From an uncultured Bacteroidales bacterium (lineage in GTDB: Bacteria; Bacteroidota; Bacteroidia; Bacteroidales; GWA2-32-17): a stretch of DNA of 64,000 nucleotides. How positions within the stretch are numbered: the first letter of the stretch is position 1; each line of letters begins with the position of its first letter. The notes beneath the pieces were generated by a model that was not told the origin of the DNA, made no database searches, and worked only from the letters and a program-made list of their open reading frames with translations. This document shows, in pieces, positions 8,295 to 16,849 of this stretch. The position numbers and the translations under genes were made by a program. The stretch spans positions 3,182 through 67,181 of the forward strand of contig CAYSIN010000003.1 of the NCBI GenBank assembly GCA_964431135.1, in the 5' to 3' direction.

Positions 8295-10085
8295 TTAAAA
8301 ACGTTTTCTAGGTACATAATGGGTATGTAACAATTCATGCGATTTATGTCCAAGTGGTTTGCCAAGGTAATCCTGATAGATAAGTTGTATTTCAGGATTA
8401 TCATGCGATTTACGTATAGGCATGCCTTCGTCTTCGGCGTAAATAGCTTCGGCACGTTTTTTACGAATTTCCTTATTGGTAGGAATAGGTTGTCCACCGC
8501 CACCCAAACATCCGCCGGGACAAGCCATGATTTCGATAAAGTGATAGGAAGCAGTTCCATCGTTGACGGCTTTCATCAATTTTTTAGCATTAGCCAATCC
8601 ATGGGCAATGGCAACTTTTAATTCGGCACCTTCGAGAAAACTCCAATCGGGGACACATCCTTCGATTTTAATAGATGCTTCACGTACACCCTCCATACCA
8701 CGTACGGGAGTTATGTTCAAGTTTTTGAAAGGAACTTCGCGACCGGTAACAATTTCATAAGCAGTACGCAATGCTGCTTCCATAACGCCACCTGTAGCAC
8801 CAAAAATAACAGCAGCACCGGTAGAAGCACCCATAACGCTGTCGTAATTGCTATCAGGTAATTTCATAAAGTCAATGCCTGCCTGTTTAATCATTAAACC
8901 TAATTCACGGGTGGTAAGTACATAGTCAACATCCTGATAGCCGCTGGAGCGCATTTCGGGACGATTTGCCTCAAACTTTTTAGCAGTACATGGCATAATG
9001 GAAACGGAAACGACGTTTTTTGGGTCCAGTTTTCTCTTTTCAGCATAGTAGGTTTTTGCCAATGCACCAAACATTTGTTGAGGTGATTTGCAGGTGGAAA
9101 GGTTATCTAGCAAATTGGGGAATAAATGTTCCTGAAATTTAATCCAACCGGGAGAGCAAGAAGTCATCATAGGAAGTGCTGTTTTTTGTTTATCTACCAA
9201 CGCTTTTTTTAGACGGGTTAATAGTTCAGTACCTTCTTCCATAATGGTCAAGTCGGCAGTAAAATCGGTATCCAATACAGAATCGAAACCTAATAATTTT
9301 AATGCAGTAACCATTTTTCCGGTAACACGTTCGCCTGGTTCATAGCCAAGGATTTCGCCCAATCCAATACGAACAGCAGGAGCCGTTTGAACAACAACAT
9401 GCTTGGTAGGGTCGTTGATGGCATCCCAAACTTCGTCCACATACGTTTTTTCGATAAGAGCACCGGTTGGACAACGGTTGACGCACTGTCCACAGTTGGT
9501 ACAAATCACTTCAAACATGGGATGTTCGAAGAAGGTTGAAATTTTCATTTGCTCGCCTTTGTATGCAACGGCAAGAGCAGAAACGCCTTGTAATTCTTCG
9601 CAAGTACGAACACAACGCTGACAGCGTATGCAACGGCTATCATCCTTAATAATAGAATAGGAACTGCGGTCGATAGTATAATTCTTTTTACGGTTCAAAT
9701 CAATAAATATATGTTGATTTACACCGTATTCGTTGGCAAGTGATTGAAGTTCACAATTTCCATTTTTATAACATTCGGTGCAGTCGGCACGGTGCTCAGA
9801 TAGCAGCAATTCAATAACATGTTTGCGAGCCTGACGCACTTTAGTGCTGTTGGTCAAAATTTCCATTCCATCGGATACTGGAACTGCACAGGATGCCTGC
9901 AACAATCTATTTCCAACTTGTTCAACAAGGCATACACGACAATTACCTGCAATGCTCAAATCTTCATGATAGCATAAGGTTGGAATTCTGAAATTTAATT
10001 TTTTGGCTGCTTCCAAAATAGTGGTTCCCTCAGGAACGGATACTGGAATATTATTTATTTTCAGGTTTATCATTTTATTACTCAT
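8295..10085 (-). CDS. hydA: [FeFe]-hydrogenase catalytic subunit (multidomain, group A type)
   Basis: 596 aa with an N-terminal 2Fe-2S ferredoxin-like domain (CYHEDL..GNCRVCLVE). It also has a His-ligated cluster region (HRADCTECYKNGNC) and two 4Fe-4S motifs (CIRCQRCVRTC, CTNCGQCVNRCP). H-cluster motifs are TSCSPGW, MPCTAKKFE and EIMACPGGCLGGGGQP. Confidence 0.92.
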   Translation of the reverse strand: MSNKMINLKINNIPVSVPEGTTILEAAKKLNFRIPTLCYHEDLSIAGNCRVCLVEQVGNRLLQASCAVPVSDGMEILTNSTKVRQARKHVIELLLSEHRADCTECYKNGNCELQSLANEYGVNQHIFIDLNRKKNYTIDRSSYSIIKDDSRCIRCQRCVRTCEELQGVSALAVAYKGEQMKISTFFEHPMFEVICTNCGQCVNRCPTGALIEKTYVDEVWDAINDPTKHVVVQTAPAVRIGLGEILGYEPGERVTGKMVTALKLLGFDSVLDTDFTADLTIMEEGTELLTRLKKALVDKQKTALPMMTSCSPGWIKFQEHLFPNLLDNLSTCKSPQQMFGALAKTYYAEKRKLDPKNVVSVSIMPCTAKKFEANRPEMRSSGYQDVDYVLTTRELGLMIKQAGIDFMKLPDSNYDSVMGASTGAAVIFGATGGVMEAALRTAYEIVTGREVPFKNLNITPVRGMEGVREASIKIEGCVPDWSFLEGAELKVAIAHGLANAKKLMKAVNDGTASYHFIEIMACPGGCLGGGGQPIPTNKEIRKKRAEAIYAEDEGMPIRKSHDNPEIQLIYQDYLGKPLGHKSHELLHTHYVPRKRF

Positions 10086-10103
10086 ATTTTTTTCTCCTAT
10101 ATT

Positions 10104-11273
10104 TTAGTAAATGATTTCTTCTTTAAAATTGTCAATGATAGAAATAAATGGATTGGCAAGTGATTGTCCCAAGCCGCATTTAGCAGCAATTTTCATGGAA
10201 AGAGCCAATTTCTTTAATTCTTCGAGATAAGAAGCGGGGCGTTCACCATGTTTAACTGCTTCGATGCCTAATAATAATTGTTGACATCCTACACGGCAAG
10301 GAGTACATTGTCCACAAGATTCTTCAGCAAAAAATTCGAGATAATTTTTCAGGACGTTGTACATGGAACGGTTGCTGTTGAAAAGCATCATAGAACCACC
10401 CGTAGGAACTCCTTCAAAACCGATAATGATATCGTTGAATTTTTTACGTGGAATACAATGTCCAGAAGCACCACCTACCTGAACTGCCTTGGTATCACCA
10501 TCCCCAAATTCCTTTACAAAATCATCGACAGTCATGCCCAGTTCAAGTTCATAAATACCGGCTATGGGTGTATCGCCCGAAACGGAAAATACTTTTGAAC
10601 CGCGTGAATCTTTAGTTCCCAAATTTTTAAATTTTTCAACACCGATATTGCAAATCATAATCGTAGTAACAAAGGTTTCTACATTGTTAATAACGGTTGG
10701 TTTGCCCATAAAACCTGCTACGGTAGGATAGGGGGGTTTATTGCGTGCTTCTCCGCGTTTACCTTCAAGGCTTTCGAACAAAGCACTTTCTTCACCGCAA
10801 ATATAAGCACCGCTACCGGAACGAATTTGAATAGTAAAATCAAGGTCAATTTCTTTAAGTTTTTTATTGAAATCGTCCAGACTTTTATTCAGTTTGGGGA
10901 GTAAGTAGTTATATTCACCACGCAGGTATATGTATCCTTCTTTTGCTCCAATGCAGTATGCACAAATTGCCATTCCCGCAAAAACTTTAGTAGGAACCTT
11001 TTCCAGTATTTCTCTATCTTTAAATGTACCGGGTTCACCTTCGTCGGCGTTGCAGATAACATATTTTACATCCGATTTTTCGCCTTTGGTGAATTTCCAT
11101 TTTAAACCTGTAGGAAATCCAGCACCACCGCGCCCTTTTAATCCCGAATCAATGATGTCGTTAATTATTTCATCCGGTTTACGGGTAAGTACATTTTTGG
11201 TTAATACATTTACAGGGTCACAACCTGTTGTATCAAAAATTAAATCTACTTTTTTTAATTTTTTAGTTTCCAT
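10104..11273 (-). CDS. hydB: NuoF-like flavoprotein subunit of the hydrogenase (short form, 389 aa)
   Basis: It has the FMN/NADH-binding motif GRGGAGFPTGLKWKF and the N3-type cluster motif ESCGQCTPCRVG. The protein ends about 60 aa after that motif, with no ferredoxin-like extension. I placed the start at ATG (METKKLKK). The track start at 11330 is a TTG that would overlap hydC. Confidence 0.85.
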   Translation of the reverse strand: METKKLKKVDLIFDTTGCDPVNVLTKNVLTRKPDEIINDIIDSGLKGRGGAGFPTGLKWKFTKGEKSDVKYVICNADEGEPGTFKDREILEKVPTKVFAGMAICAYCIGAKEGYIYLRGEYNYLLPKLNKSLDDFNKKLKEIDLDFTIQIRSGSGAYICGEESALFESLEGKRGEARNKPPYPTVAGFMGKPTVINNVETFVTTIMICNIGVEKFKNLGTKDSRGSKVFSVSGDTPIAGIYELELGMTVDDFVKEFGDGDTKAVQVGGASGHCIPRKKFNDIIIGFEGVPTGGSMMLFNSNRSMYNVLKNYLEFFAEESCGQCTPCRVGCQQLLLGIEAVKHGERPASYLEELKKLALSMKIAAKCGLGQSLANPFISIIDNFKEEIIY

Positions 11274-11298
11274 TTTTAAAAATTTTAAGGTTAAACCA

Positions 11299-11763
11299 CT
11301 ACTTTTGTTGATACGATTGAATAATTTCAATTGCTTTTTGAGGTGTCAGTTCCGTATATACTTCATCGTTAATAAGCATAACGGGTCCCTTATGGCACCA
11401 GCCAAGACAATTAGCGGTTAACAGGCTGAATTTTTTATCAACGGTTGTTTCGCCTACTTTTATTTTAAGCATGTCGGAAACGGTGTTTATGATTTCATCC
11501 TTGCCAGCCATAAAGCACGAAATAGTTTTGCAAATACGTATAACATATTGACCACGTGGTACCGTATCTAAAAAGGTATAGAATGTGGCTGTTCCATATA
11601 CTTCGGCGGATGATAAATCAAATGTTTTTGCTACCTCCATGATGTCTTCATCGTTCAGGTAACGTTTTTCCTTAACGATGGCTTGCAGTGCCGGTATAAG
11701 TGCCGTACGCTCCTTGCCATACTTTGTTGTTACTTTTTGCAGAATTTCTTTTACTTCTGTCAT
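11299..11763 (-). CDS. hydC: NuoE-like thioredoxin-fold [2Fe-2S] subunit of the hydrogenase
   Basis: 154 aa with cysteine pattern ..RICKTISC.. and ..ANCLGWCHKGPVMLIND.., typical of the NuoE/HydC family. It is the first gene of the hydCBA block. Confidence 0.85.
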   Translation of the reverse strand: MTEVKEILQKVTTKYGKERTALIPALQAIVKEKRYLNDEDIMEVAKTFDLSSAEVYGTATFYTFLDTVPRGQYVIRICKTISCFMAGKDEIINTVSDMLKIKVGETTVDKKFSLLTANCLGWCHKGPVMLINDEVYTELTPQKAIEIIQSYQQK

Positions 11764-11769
11764 TGTTTT

Positions 11770-11777
11770 ACCTCCTT
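11770..11777 (-). promoter_or_regulatory. Strong Shine-Dalgarno sequence (AAGGAGGT-N6-ATG) in front of hydC
   Basis: The minus strand reads ttaatAAGGAGGTaaaacaATG. hydA also has AGGAGA-N7-ATG (10093-10098). None of the other starts I inspected has one (hydB, lpxB, surE, buk, ptb, rbr, hydG, gcvP and several + strand genes). Confidence 0.5.
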
Positions 11778-11939
11778 ATTAATTAATTATAAATAAATTG
11801 ATTTTAAAAATTAAGTAGTTAAAATTAGAGTACATACAAAGTCATAAACATGATTTTTGTCATAAAAATATTGGTTTTACAGCAGGAAATAATAATACCA
11901 TATTTTCATGCTGATTATTCCGAACACAAAATTTCTTTT

Positions 11940-12935
11940 CTAATAAATGAAGACAGGATTAAACCTTTTATTGAAAATTCTGTATCCCAAAATGCAGTCT
12001 ATTCTACCAAAACCATGGTTTAATAAATGATTATTATCAAAAGGGTATGAACAGTTATCGGAAATAATAGCTAAGAGAAAATAGAAATTATTTTTGGAAT
12101 AACCGGCACTTATTCTTATGTTTTCAATAATACCCATAGTAGCATGTGCATACGTTTTATTTACATCTGAAATTAATTGTTTATATTGCATTTGTTCACC
12201 CAAACCTGCTAAAACCGTTATACTGAAAGTCCAGTTTTTATAGAGCCAGTTTTGTAAATAACCTCCCAGAAAACCTGTTTGAAGAACCGAAAATTTTATA
12301 AAGCGATAATCGGGTTTAAATAAACTGTCGAGTTTTGAAGAGGTAAACGAAGAATCACCGTTTACACTAAAAATGTTTAATTTAATACCCAATGCCCACG
12401 TACCAATGCGTTTTTTCTGTATTTCTGATTGTGAATAGGCTGCTTTGGCAGAAAAACGATTGTGATTAAATATATATATGCCATTGCCTCCGATTTGGCT
12501 AATGGAAATATCATTTCGCTTATAAACTTTATATGAGTTTGAAGTTACTATGCCACTGGTAGAATAAAGTCCACTATAACTCTGAAGAAAGGCATCTATA
12601 ATAAATTTTCGTACATAAATATGACTTTGAATATCAATACGGGATACTTTTCCATATACGGATTCTTCGCGTTTGCCATAAGGAATTAAGCCAATGGATA
12701 AATCCAGTGCTTTATAGGTAAAACCTACTCCCATGCTTCCCCATGAATTAGGATAATAGGTTAGGGTGTATTTATTTAACGTATTTTGAAAGGAGAGTTG
12801 GTTATTTTTTGTAGTAGAATAAAAATAAACTTTACCTTTGTAAGGAGGTATAGCAATGTAATTTGTGTCTATATTTTGGCAATATAATACTGTTGAAAAA
12901 AGCAAAAAAAATGGAAATACATGGTATGCATTCAT
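11940..12935 (-). CDS. Putative outer-membrane beta-barrel protein of unknown function (possibly DUF4421-like)
   Basis: 331 aa with a signal peptide (..VLYCQ). Alternating hydrophobic beta-strand patterns run throughout, and the C-terminal strand is aromatic-rich. The family name is from memory only. Confidence 0.45.
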   Translation of the reverse strand: MNAYHVFPFFLLFSTVLYCQNIDTNYIAIPPYKGKVYFYSTTKNNQLSFQNTLNKYTLTYYPNSWGSMGVGFTYKALDLSIGLIPYGKREESVYGKVSRIDIQSHIYVRKFIIDAFLQSYSGLYSTSGIVTSNSYKVYKRNDISISQIGGNGIYIFNHNRFSAKAAYSQSEIQKKRIGTWALGIKLNIFSVNGDSSFTSSKLDSLFKPDYRFIKFSVLQTGFLGGYLQNWLYKNWTFSITVLAGLGEQMQYKQLISDVNKTYAHATMGIIENIRISAGYSKNNFYFLLAIISDNCSYPFDNNHLLNHGFGRIDCILGYRIFNKRFNPVFIY

Positions 12936-12938
12936 GTA

Positions 12939-14828
12939 TTACAACTTGATAAATTTTTGCTTGTATCCGTTGACTTCTATAAAATATATGCCGGGCATTA
13001 AATCTGAAACATCTATTTTTTCCTGCTGTTCTGAAGTTTTAATAAATTTTCCAGTGAAGTCGTAAATACGTACTGTTGCACTTTTATTAATACTGATAAT
13101 ATGCAAATAATCGTTCACAGGGTTGGGATAAATTTGGAATGCTGATTCAGATTCTGTCTTTTTGGATGAAGTAACAATACTTCCTATATCGTTTATAATA
13201 TAATTGCGAGGGTCAATGGTAATTTGAGAAACAGTAAAAGGAATATGACAAGCAAATGCCTGTTGATTGTATTGATGAAAAACACGAACAATAGTATCAT
13301 TGGTACCATTTGAAAATTTAATTTCAACGGGCAAATGAAAAAAAGGCGTAATGGTTGTTGCTGAACTTTGAAGGCTTAAAGAAAAATAGACTGAATCGGT
13401 TTGTTGATTCCAAATCATGGAATATGTTGGGAATCCTTCGCCATAATACCATTCATCAAAAAATTGTGTAAAATCCATGCCGGTATAATTTTGTGCAAAA
13501 TTTTTAAAATCATCACCGGTAGCAGTTCCGAATGCGTATTGTTGTAAAAAACCTCTGAGCGTAGCAAAAAATGTACTGTCATCATTAATAATATATCGCA
13601 AGGTATGAATAATGCCGGCTCCTTTTTCATAAGACAGGCGATAATCAAAAATTCTGCCTTCGTCATTAATATCGGCGAAAGGCACATATATGCTACCATC
13701 GGATGCTGACATAATATCGCTGTGTGTGTTGAGCATCCACTGGTCGGCACTGTTTTGTGAAAGCAAATATTGCAATCCTATATAATAAGTATAAGTGGCA
13801 AAACCTTCGTTTATCCATATATCCTGCCAGTTGGCACAAGTAACATAATCGCCAAACCATTGATGTCCCAATTCATGAATAATAAGTTCAAAACTAAAGG
13901 TTGAAAGAGTGGTCATCGTTTGATGTTCCATGCCTCCACCAATAGGGGCTGTGCAATGCCCATACTTCTCCTTATAATATGGATAGAGTCCATATAAATT
14001 GGATAAAAGTTCTATGAATGATGCTGTTCTTGCAACGGTATCCTGATAATGAGAAATAAAATTACTGCTATTGTATAAATAATTTAAAATTAAAATTGAA
14101 TCCTGCAATCCTTGAGGATGTGCGTATTGAATGATAGGTTGGTATTTGCTGACCGTAAAACTGATTAAATAATAATCTAGGGGATAATAGGTTTTCCATT
14201 CATAACAAACCATGTTGTTTTGCAACGAATCAATTTTTGTAAGCAAACCATTGGACCCAACTTGTAGTGTATTGGGACAAGTGATAAAAATATAAGCGGA
14301 ATCGATTTTATCGGTTAATTCCTGTTTACAAGGAAACCAGTCCATGGCATGATACGATTCGCTCAATGTCCATGTTGCTCTTGTATTAAGAACAGAAGAA
14401 CTCTTAATTCCAGACCCAGTAGATGTTCCATGATAAAATACATCGGCTATGAAATACTGTCCAATAGGAATAGTGCTTGAAACTGACACATGAATTTCGC
14501 TGTTTGTAAAAGTGAAAGGGTAAAGCATTCCATTAAGATGAACAGAGTCGACAATTAACGATGAGTTTAGTTGCAACATCAGTTCCGACAAAGGCTGATT
14601 TACTACTTTTGCTTTCATGCTTGTTTTACCCGATATGGTTTTATTTTGATTGGTTGCATTCAAGTCAATAAAATAAAAGTTTACATCATAATTGTCCAAC
14701 AACGTGTTTTTTAAATAGGATACTTTTTCTTGACGGTATGATTTTTTTTCAATCGGAAGGATGGACTTTAATTGTCCGTAACTTGTTATAAAACAAGCAA
14801 GTAAAAGAATTGTAGTTAATGATTTCAT
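12939..14828 (-). CDS. M1-family zinc aminopeptidase with T9SS C-terminal sorting domain
   Basis: 629 aa with a signal peptide. Motifs are GGGMEHQTM (GxMEN-like), HELGHQWFGD (HExxH) and WINEGFATY. The C-terminus is FQIYPNPVNDYLHI...GIYFIEVNGYKQKFIKL. Confidence 0.85.
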   Translation of the reverse strand: MKSLTTILLLACFITSYGQLKSILPIEKKSYRQEKVSYLKNTLLDNYDVNFYFIDLNATNQNKTISGKTSMKAKVVNQPLSELMLQLNSSLIVDSVHLNGMLYPFTFTNSEIHVSVSSTIPIGQYFIADVFYHGTSTGSGIKSSSVLNTRATWTLSESYHAMDWFPCKQELTDKIDSAYIFITCPNTLQVGSNGLLTKIDSLQNNMVCYEWKTYYPLDYYLISFTVSKYQPIIQYAHPQGLQDSILILNYLYNSSNFISHYQDTVARTASFIELLSNLYGLYPYYKEKYGHCTAPIGGGMEHQTMTTLSTFSFELIIHELGHQWFGDYVTCANWQDIWINEGFATYTYYIGLQYLLSQNSADQWMLNTHSDIMSASDGSIYVPFADINDEGRIFDYRLSYEKGAGIIHTLRYIINDDSTFFATLRGFLQQYAFGTATGDDFKNFAQNYTGMDFTQFFDEWYYGEGFPTYSMIWNQQTDSVYFSLSLQSSATTITPFFHLPVEIKFSNGTNDTIVRVFHQYNQQAFACHIPFTVSQITIDPRNYIINDIGSIVTSSKKTESESAFQIYPNPVNDYLHIISINKSATVRIYDFTGKFIKTSEQQEKIDVSDLMPGIYFIEVNGYKQKFIKL

Positions 14829-14869
14829 TTTAATAATGTTTGCATAAAAGTAATTATTCTGTTTAGAAA

Positions 14870-14905
14870 TAAAAAAAGCCTGAAATTTTTTTCAGGCTTT
14901 TTTTA
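14870..14905. terminator. Rho-independent terminator downstream of the 617-aa T9SS protein gene
   Basis: The sequence is AAAAAAAGCCTGAA-attttt-TTCAGGCTTTTTTT. It is a perfect 8-bp stem (14877-14884 / 14891-14898) with flanking A and T runs. Confidence 0.7.
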
Positions 14906-14920
14906 TTTTCTATAAAACAA

Positions 14921-16774
14921 TTATTGAACGATAAGTTTTTGTGTAAATGTTTTGTTGCTGGTAGTATAGGTTACAAAATAAATACCTTTGCTAAGTGTTG
15001 AAATATCGGTAAATTGAGTATTCATGGTAACATTACTGCTGTAAACAACCTTTCCTGTAATATCCATGATGTTCATGGTACCTTTTCCATTGGATATTAA
15101 TACCATATAATCGCTGGCAGGATTAGGATAAATACTGATATTATCACCTTGCAGTTCTTCTATTCCAAGAATAGTGGACATGTCAACTTTAACAACCTGC
15201 GTTACTTCCTGTGAAGCATCGTGTTGAACAAAGGCAACAAACTGGCAGTTATTTTTTACATAACCGGTAGTGGTAAAGTTAAGCGTTACACTCTGAGTAT
15301 TTGAATTGGTAAAATCCAAACTGGTACCGCTGGCATCGGGATACATGGCGCGACAAACATAATCTACTTCCGTTTGATTTCCCCATATTTCAGGAATATT
15401 TGACTCCGTTAGGGCAGTTCGTAACGATAATCCTGTTTTTACATAAGGATAGATTTCTTCTATATTAATGGTTGCAGTATATGTATCGGTACCTGTCATT
15501 ACTATATTAACATTCATATTTTGTAACGATGGTGTGGCTATACGGGTATCATAATTGGGCAAGTAATAGGAATACATGCTGGTGGTAGCATTTCCACCTT
15601 CTACTTTTAATTTTCCGTCTGCTATCATGGTAGGAAAATACATTATAGTGTAATATCCCAATCGTTGGGTTGCATCTACTGTTTCATAAGTATCTCCGCT
15701 ATGATATTCAATGGCTACCGCACTTTTATGGTTTGTTTCAATCAGGTCGCGTATCCCTATAGCAGCACCCGGACAAAATTCACACCATGTCCCCGTTCCG
15801 CCTTCCATCAAAACAAGATTTCTGGTAACACCGCCAGTAATAACAACTGTATCGGTATTTGAAGCATGCGAATAACCCAGTACACCATAACCGGCTCTTG
15901 CCATATACACATACGTATAGGGCCATGGACCAACATCGGTATAGGAAAGTGCCGAAGGAGTAACAAAAATTATAGAACCATTACGGCTCAATTTATAATT
16001 ATCGGGAGTAGTAGAAGGTGCAGTCCAGTTAACATCTACATCCGCACCATTAACAACGGCGGTAAGATTCATGGATGAACCAGGAGCAGTAACTTGTTCG
16101 TACAATAAATCGTCAAAATAAAATCCAATAGTAGAACCACCTGTAAGAGGTGTGGGAGAACCTGTGCCATCCCATGCATAAAAATCGATGGCATCGAGTT
16201 TATGTAAGGTTCCATCGCCAAAAGAGCCTTTGCTCCACTGATAACTGATAACTTCGGTTCCATCAAGAAAAAAAGTAGCAAAGTCATCGTCAACGTCAAT
16301 GATGAGTTTTACCAAATGCCATGCATTTCTTGTAAAGTTAGTACCGGCAGCAGTTGCGGCACCGGCATCTACAAAAATGGAGTCGTTGTAAATGTATGCC
16401 TGAAATCCCCATTCGCTGTTACTCCCAGCAAAACTATGCAATATGTTAAAATAACCAATATTGCCCGTTGGCACAAACATGTTCCAACTCAATTCATAAC
16501 GTCCTGTTGTTTTTCCACCACATTTAAAAACCAGGTCATTAGTACCTGCAATGTAAACAGAATTAGAAGGGCTTAAAGACTGTGTGTTTGAAAAAACACC
16601 ATCTTCTGCACCTCCAGGAGCATTAGACCACGTAGTCCAGTTAGTAGAACCAATAGTCTGGGCAACTTTGGAGCCTACGGTATAGGAATCAAAGTTGTCG
16701 GAATAAATAACTTGTGCATTTATAGTTAGAACGCTAACTAAACTTGCAACCAAAAACATGTAAACTTTTTTCAT
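14921..16774 (-). CDS. T9SS-secreted protein with a jelly-roll-like N-terminal region, an Ig/FN3-like segment and a thioredoxin-like WCxxCP region
   Basis: 617 aa with a signal peptide (..LTINAQ) and the internal motif GGTGTWCEFCPGAAIG. The C-terminal sorting domain is ISIYPNPASDYMVL...GIYFVTYTTSNKTFTQKLIVQ. The WCxxCP motif reminds me of Omp28-related surface proteins, but I have not verified this. Confidence 0.6.
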   Translation of the reverse strand: MKKVYMFLVASLVSVLTINAQVIYSDNFDSYTVGSKVAQTIGSTNWTTWSNAPGGAEDGVFSNTQSLSPSNSVYIAGTNDLVFKCGGKTTGRYELSWNMFVPTGNIGYFNILHSFAGSNSEWGFQAYIYNDSIFVDAGAATAAGTNFTRNAWHLVKLIIDVDDDFATFFLDGTEVISYQWSKGSFGDGTLHKLDAIDFYAWDGTGSPTPLTGGSTIGFYFDDLLYEQVTAPGSSMNLTAVVNGADVDVNWTAPSTTPDNYKLSRNGSIIFVTPSALSYTDVGPWPYTYVYMARAGYGVLGYSHASNTDTVVITGGVTRNLVLMEGGTGTWCEFCPGAAIGIRDLIETNHKSAVAIEYHSGDTYETVDATQRLGYYTIMYFPTMIADGKLKVEGGNATTSMYSYYLPNYDTRIATPSLQNMNVNIVMTGTDTYTATINIEEIYPYVKTGLSLRTALTESNIPEIWGNQTEVDYVCRAMYPDASGTSLDFTNSNTQSVTLNFTTTGYVKNNCQFVAFVQHDASQEVTQVVKVDMSTILGIEELQGDNISIYPNPASDYMVLISNGKGTMNIMDITGKVVYSSNVTMNTQFTDISTLSKGIYFVTYTTSNKTFTQKLIVQ

Positions 16775-16849
16775 AGTAAAAAAATTTAGTTAATAAATCA
16801 ATTTAATTGGCTTCAAATATATAACGAATATTTGATATAAAAAATGACA

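Noticed and set aside
11274-11330. Longer hydB start at 11330
   Set aside because: That start codon is TTG and would overlap the hydC 3' end by 32 nt. The ATG at 11273 (METKKLKK) follows the hydC stop and gives a normal NuoF-like N-terminus.
8337-11421. Several 60-160-aa + strand ORFs inside hydA and hydB (for example 8337-8621, 9403-9621, 10278-10598, 10930-11421)
   Set aside because: They are antisense shadows of strongly supported, motif-rich minus-strand genes. Their compositions are skewed (Ser/Pro/Thr-rich) and I recognised no motifs.
11841-11863. GTCATAAACATGATTTTTGTCAT upstream of hydC as an operator (overlapping TCAT/ATGA inverted repeats and a GTCAT direct repeat)
   Set aside because: The half-sites are only 4-5 bp in an AT-rich spacer, which is easily produced by chance. 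I could not match any known regulator motif.
12939-16774. Internal ORFs such as 13415-13750 and 16069-16299 (same strand, alternative frames) and 15665-16078 and 16316-16576 (opposite strand), lying within the two T9SS cargo genes
   Set aside because: They are fully embedded in longer ORFs that carry clear motifs (HExxH, T9SS CTD). There is no independent support for them.
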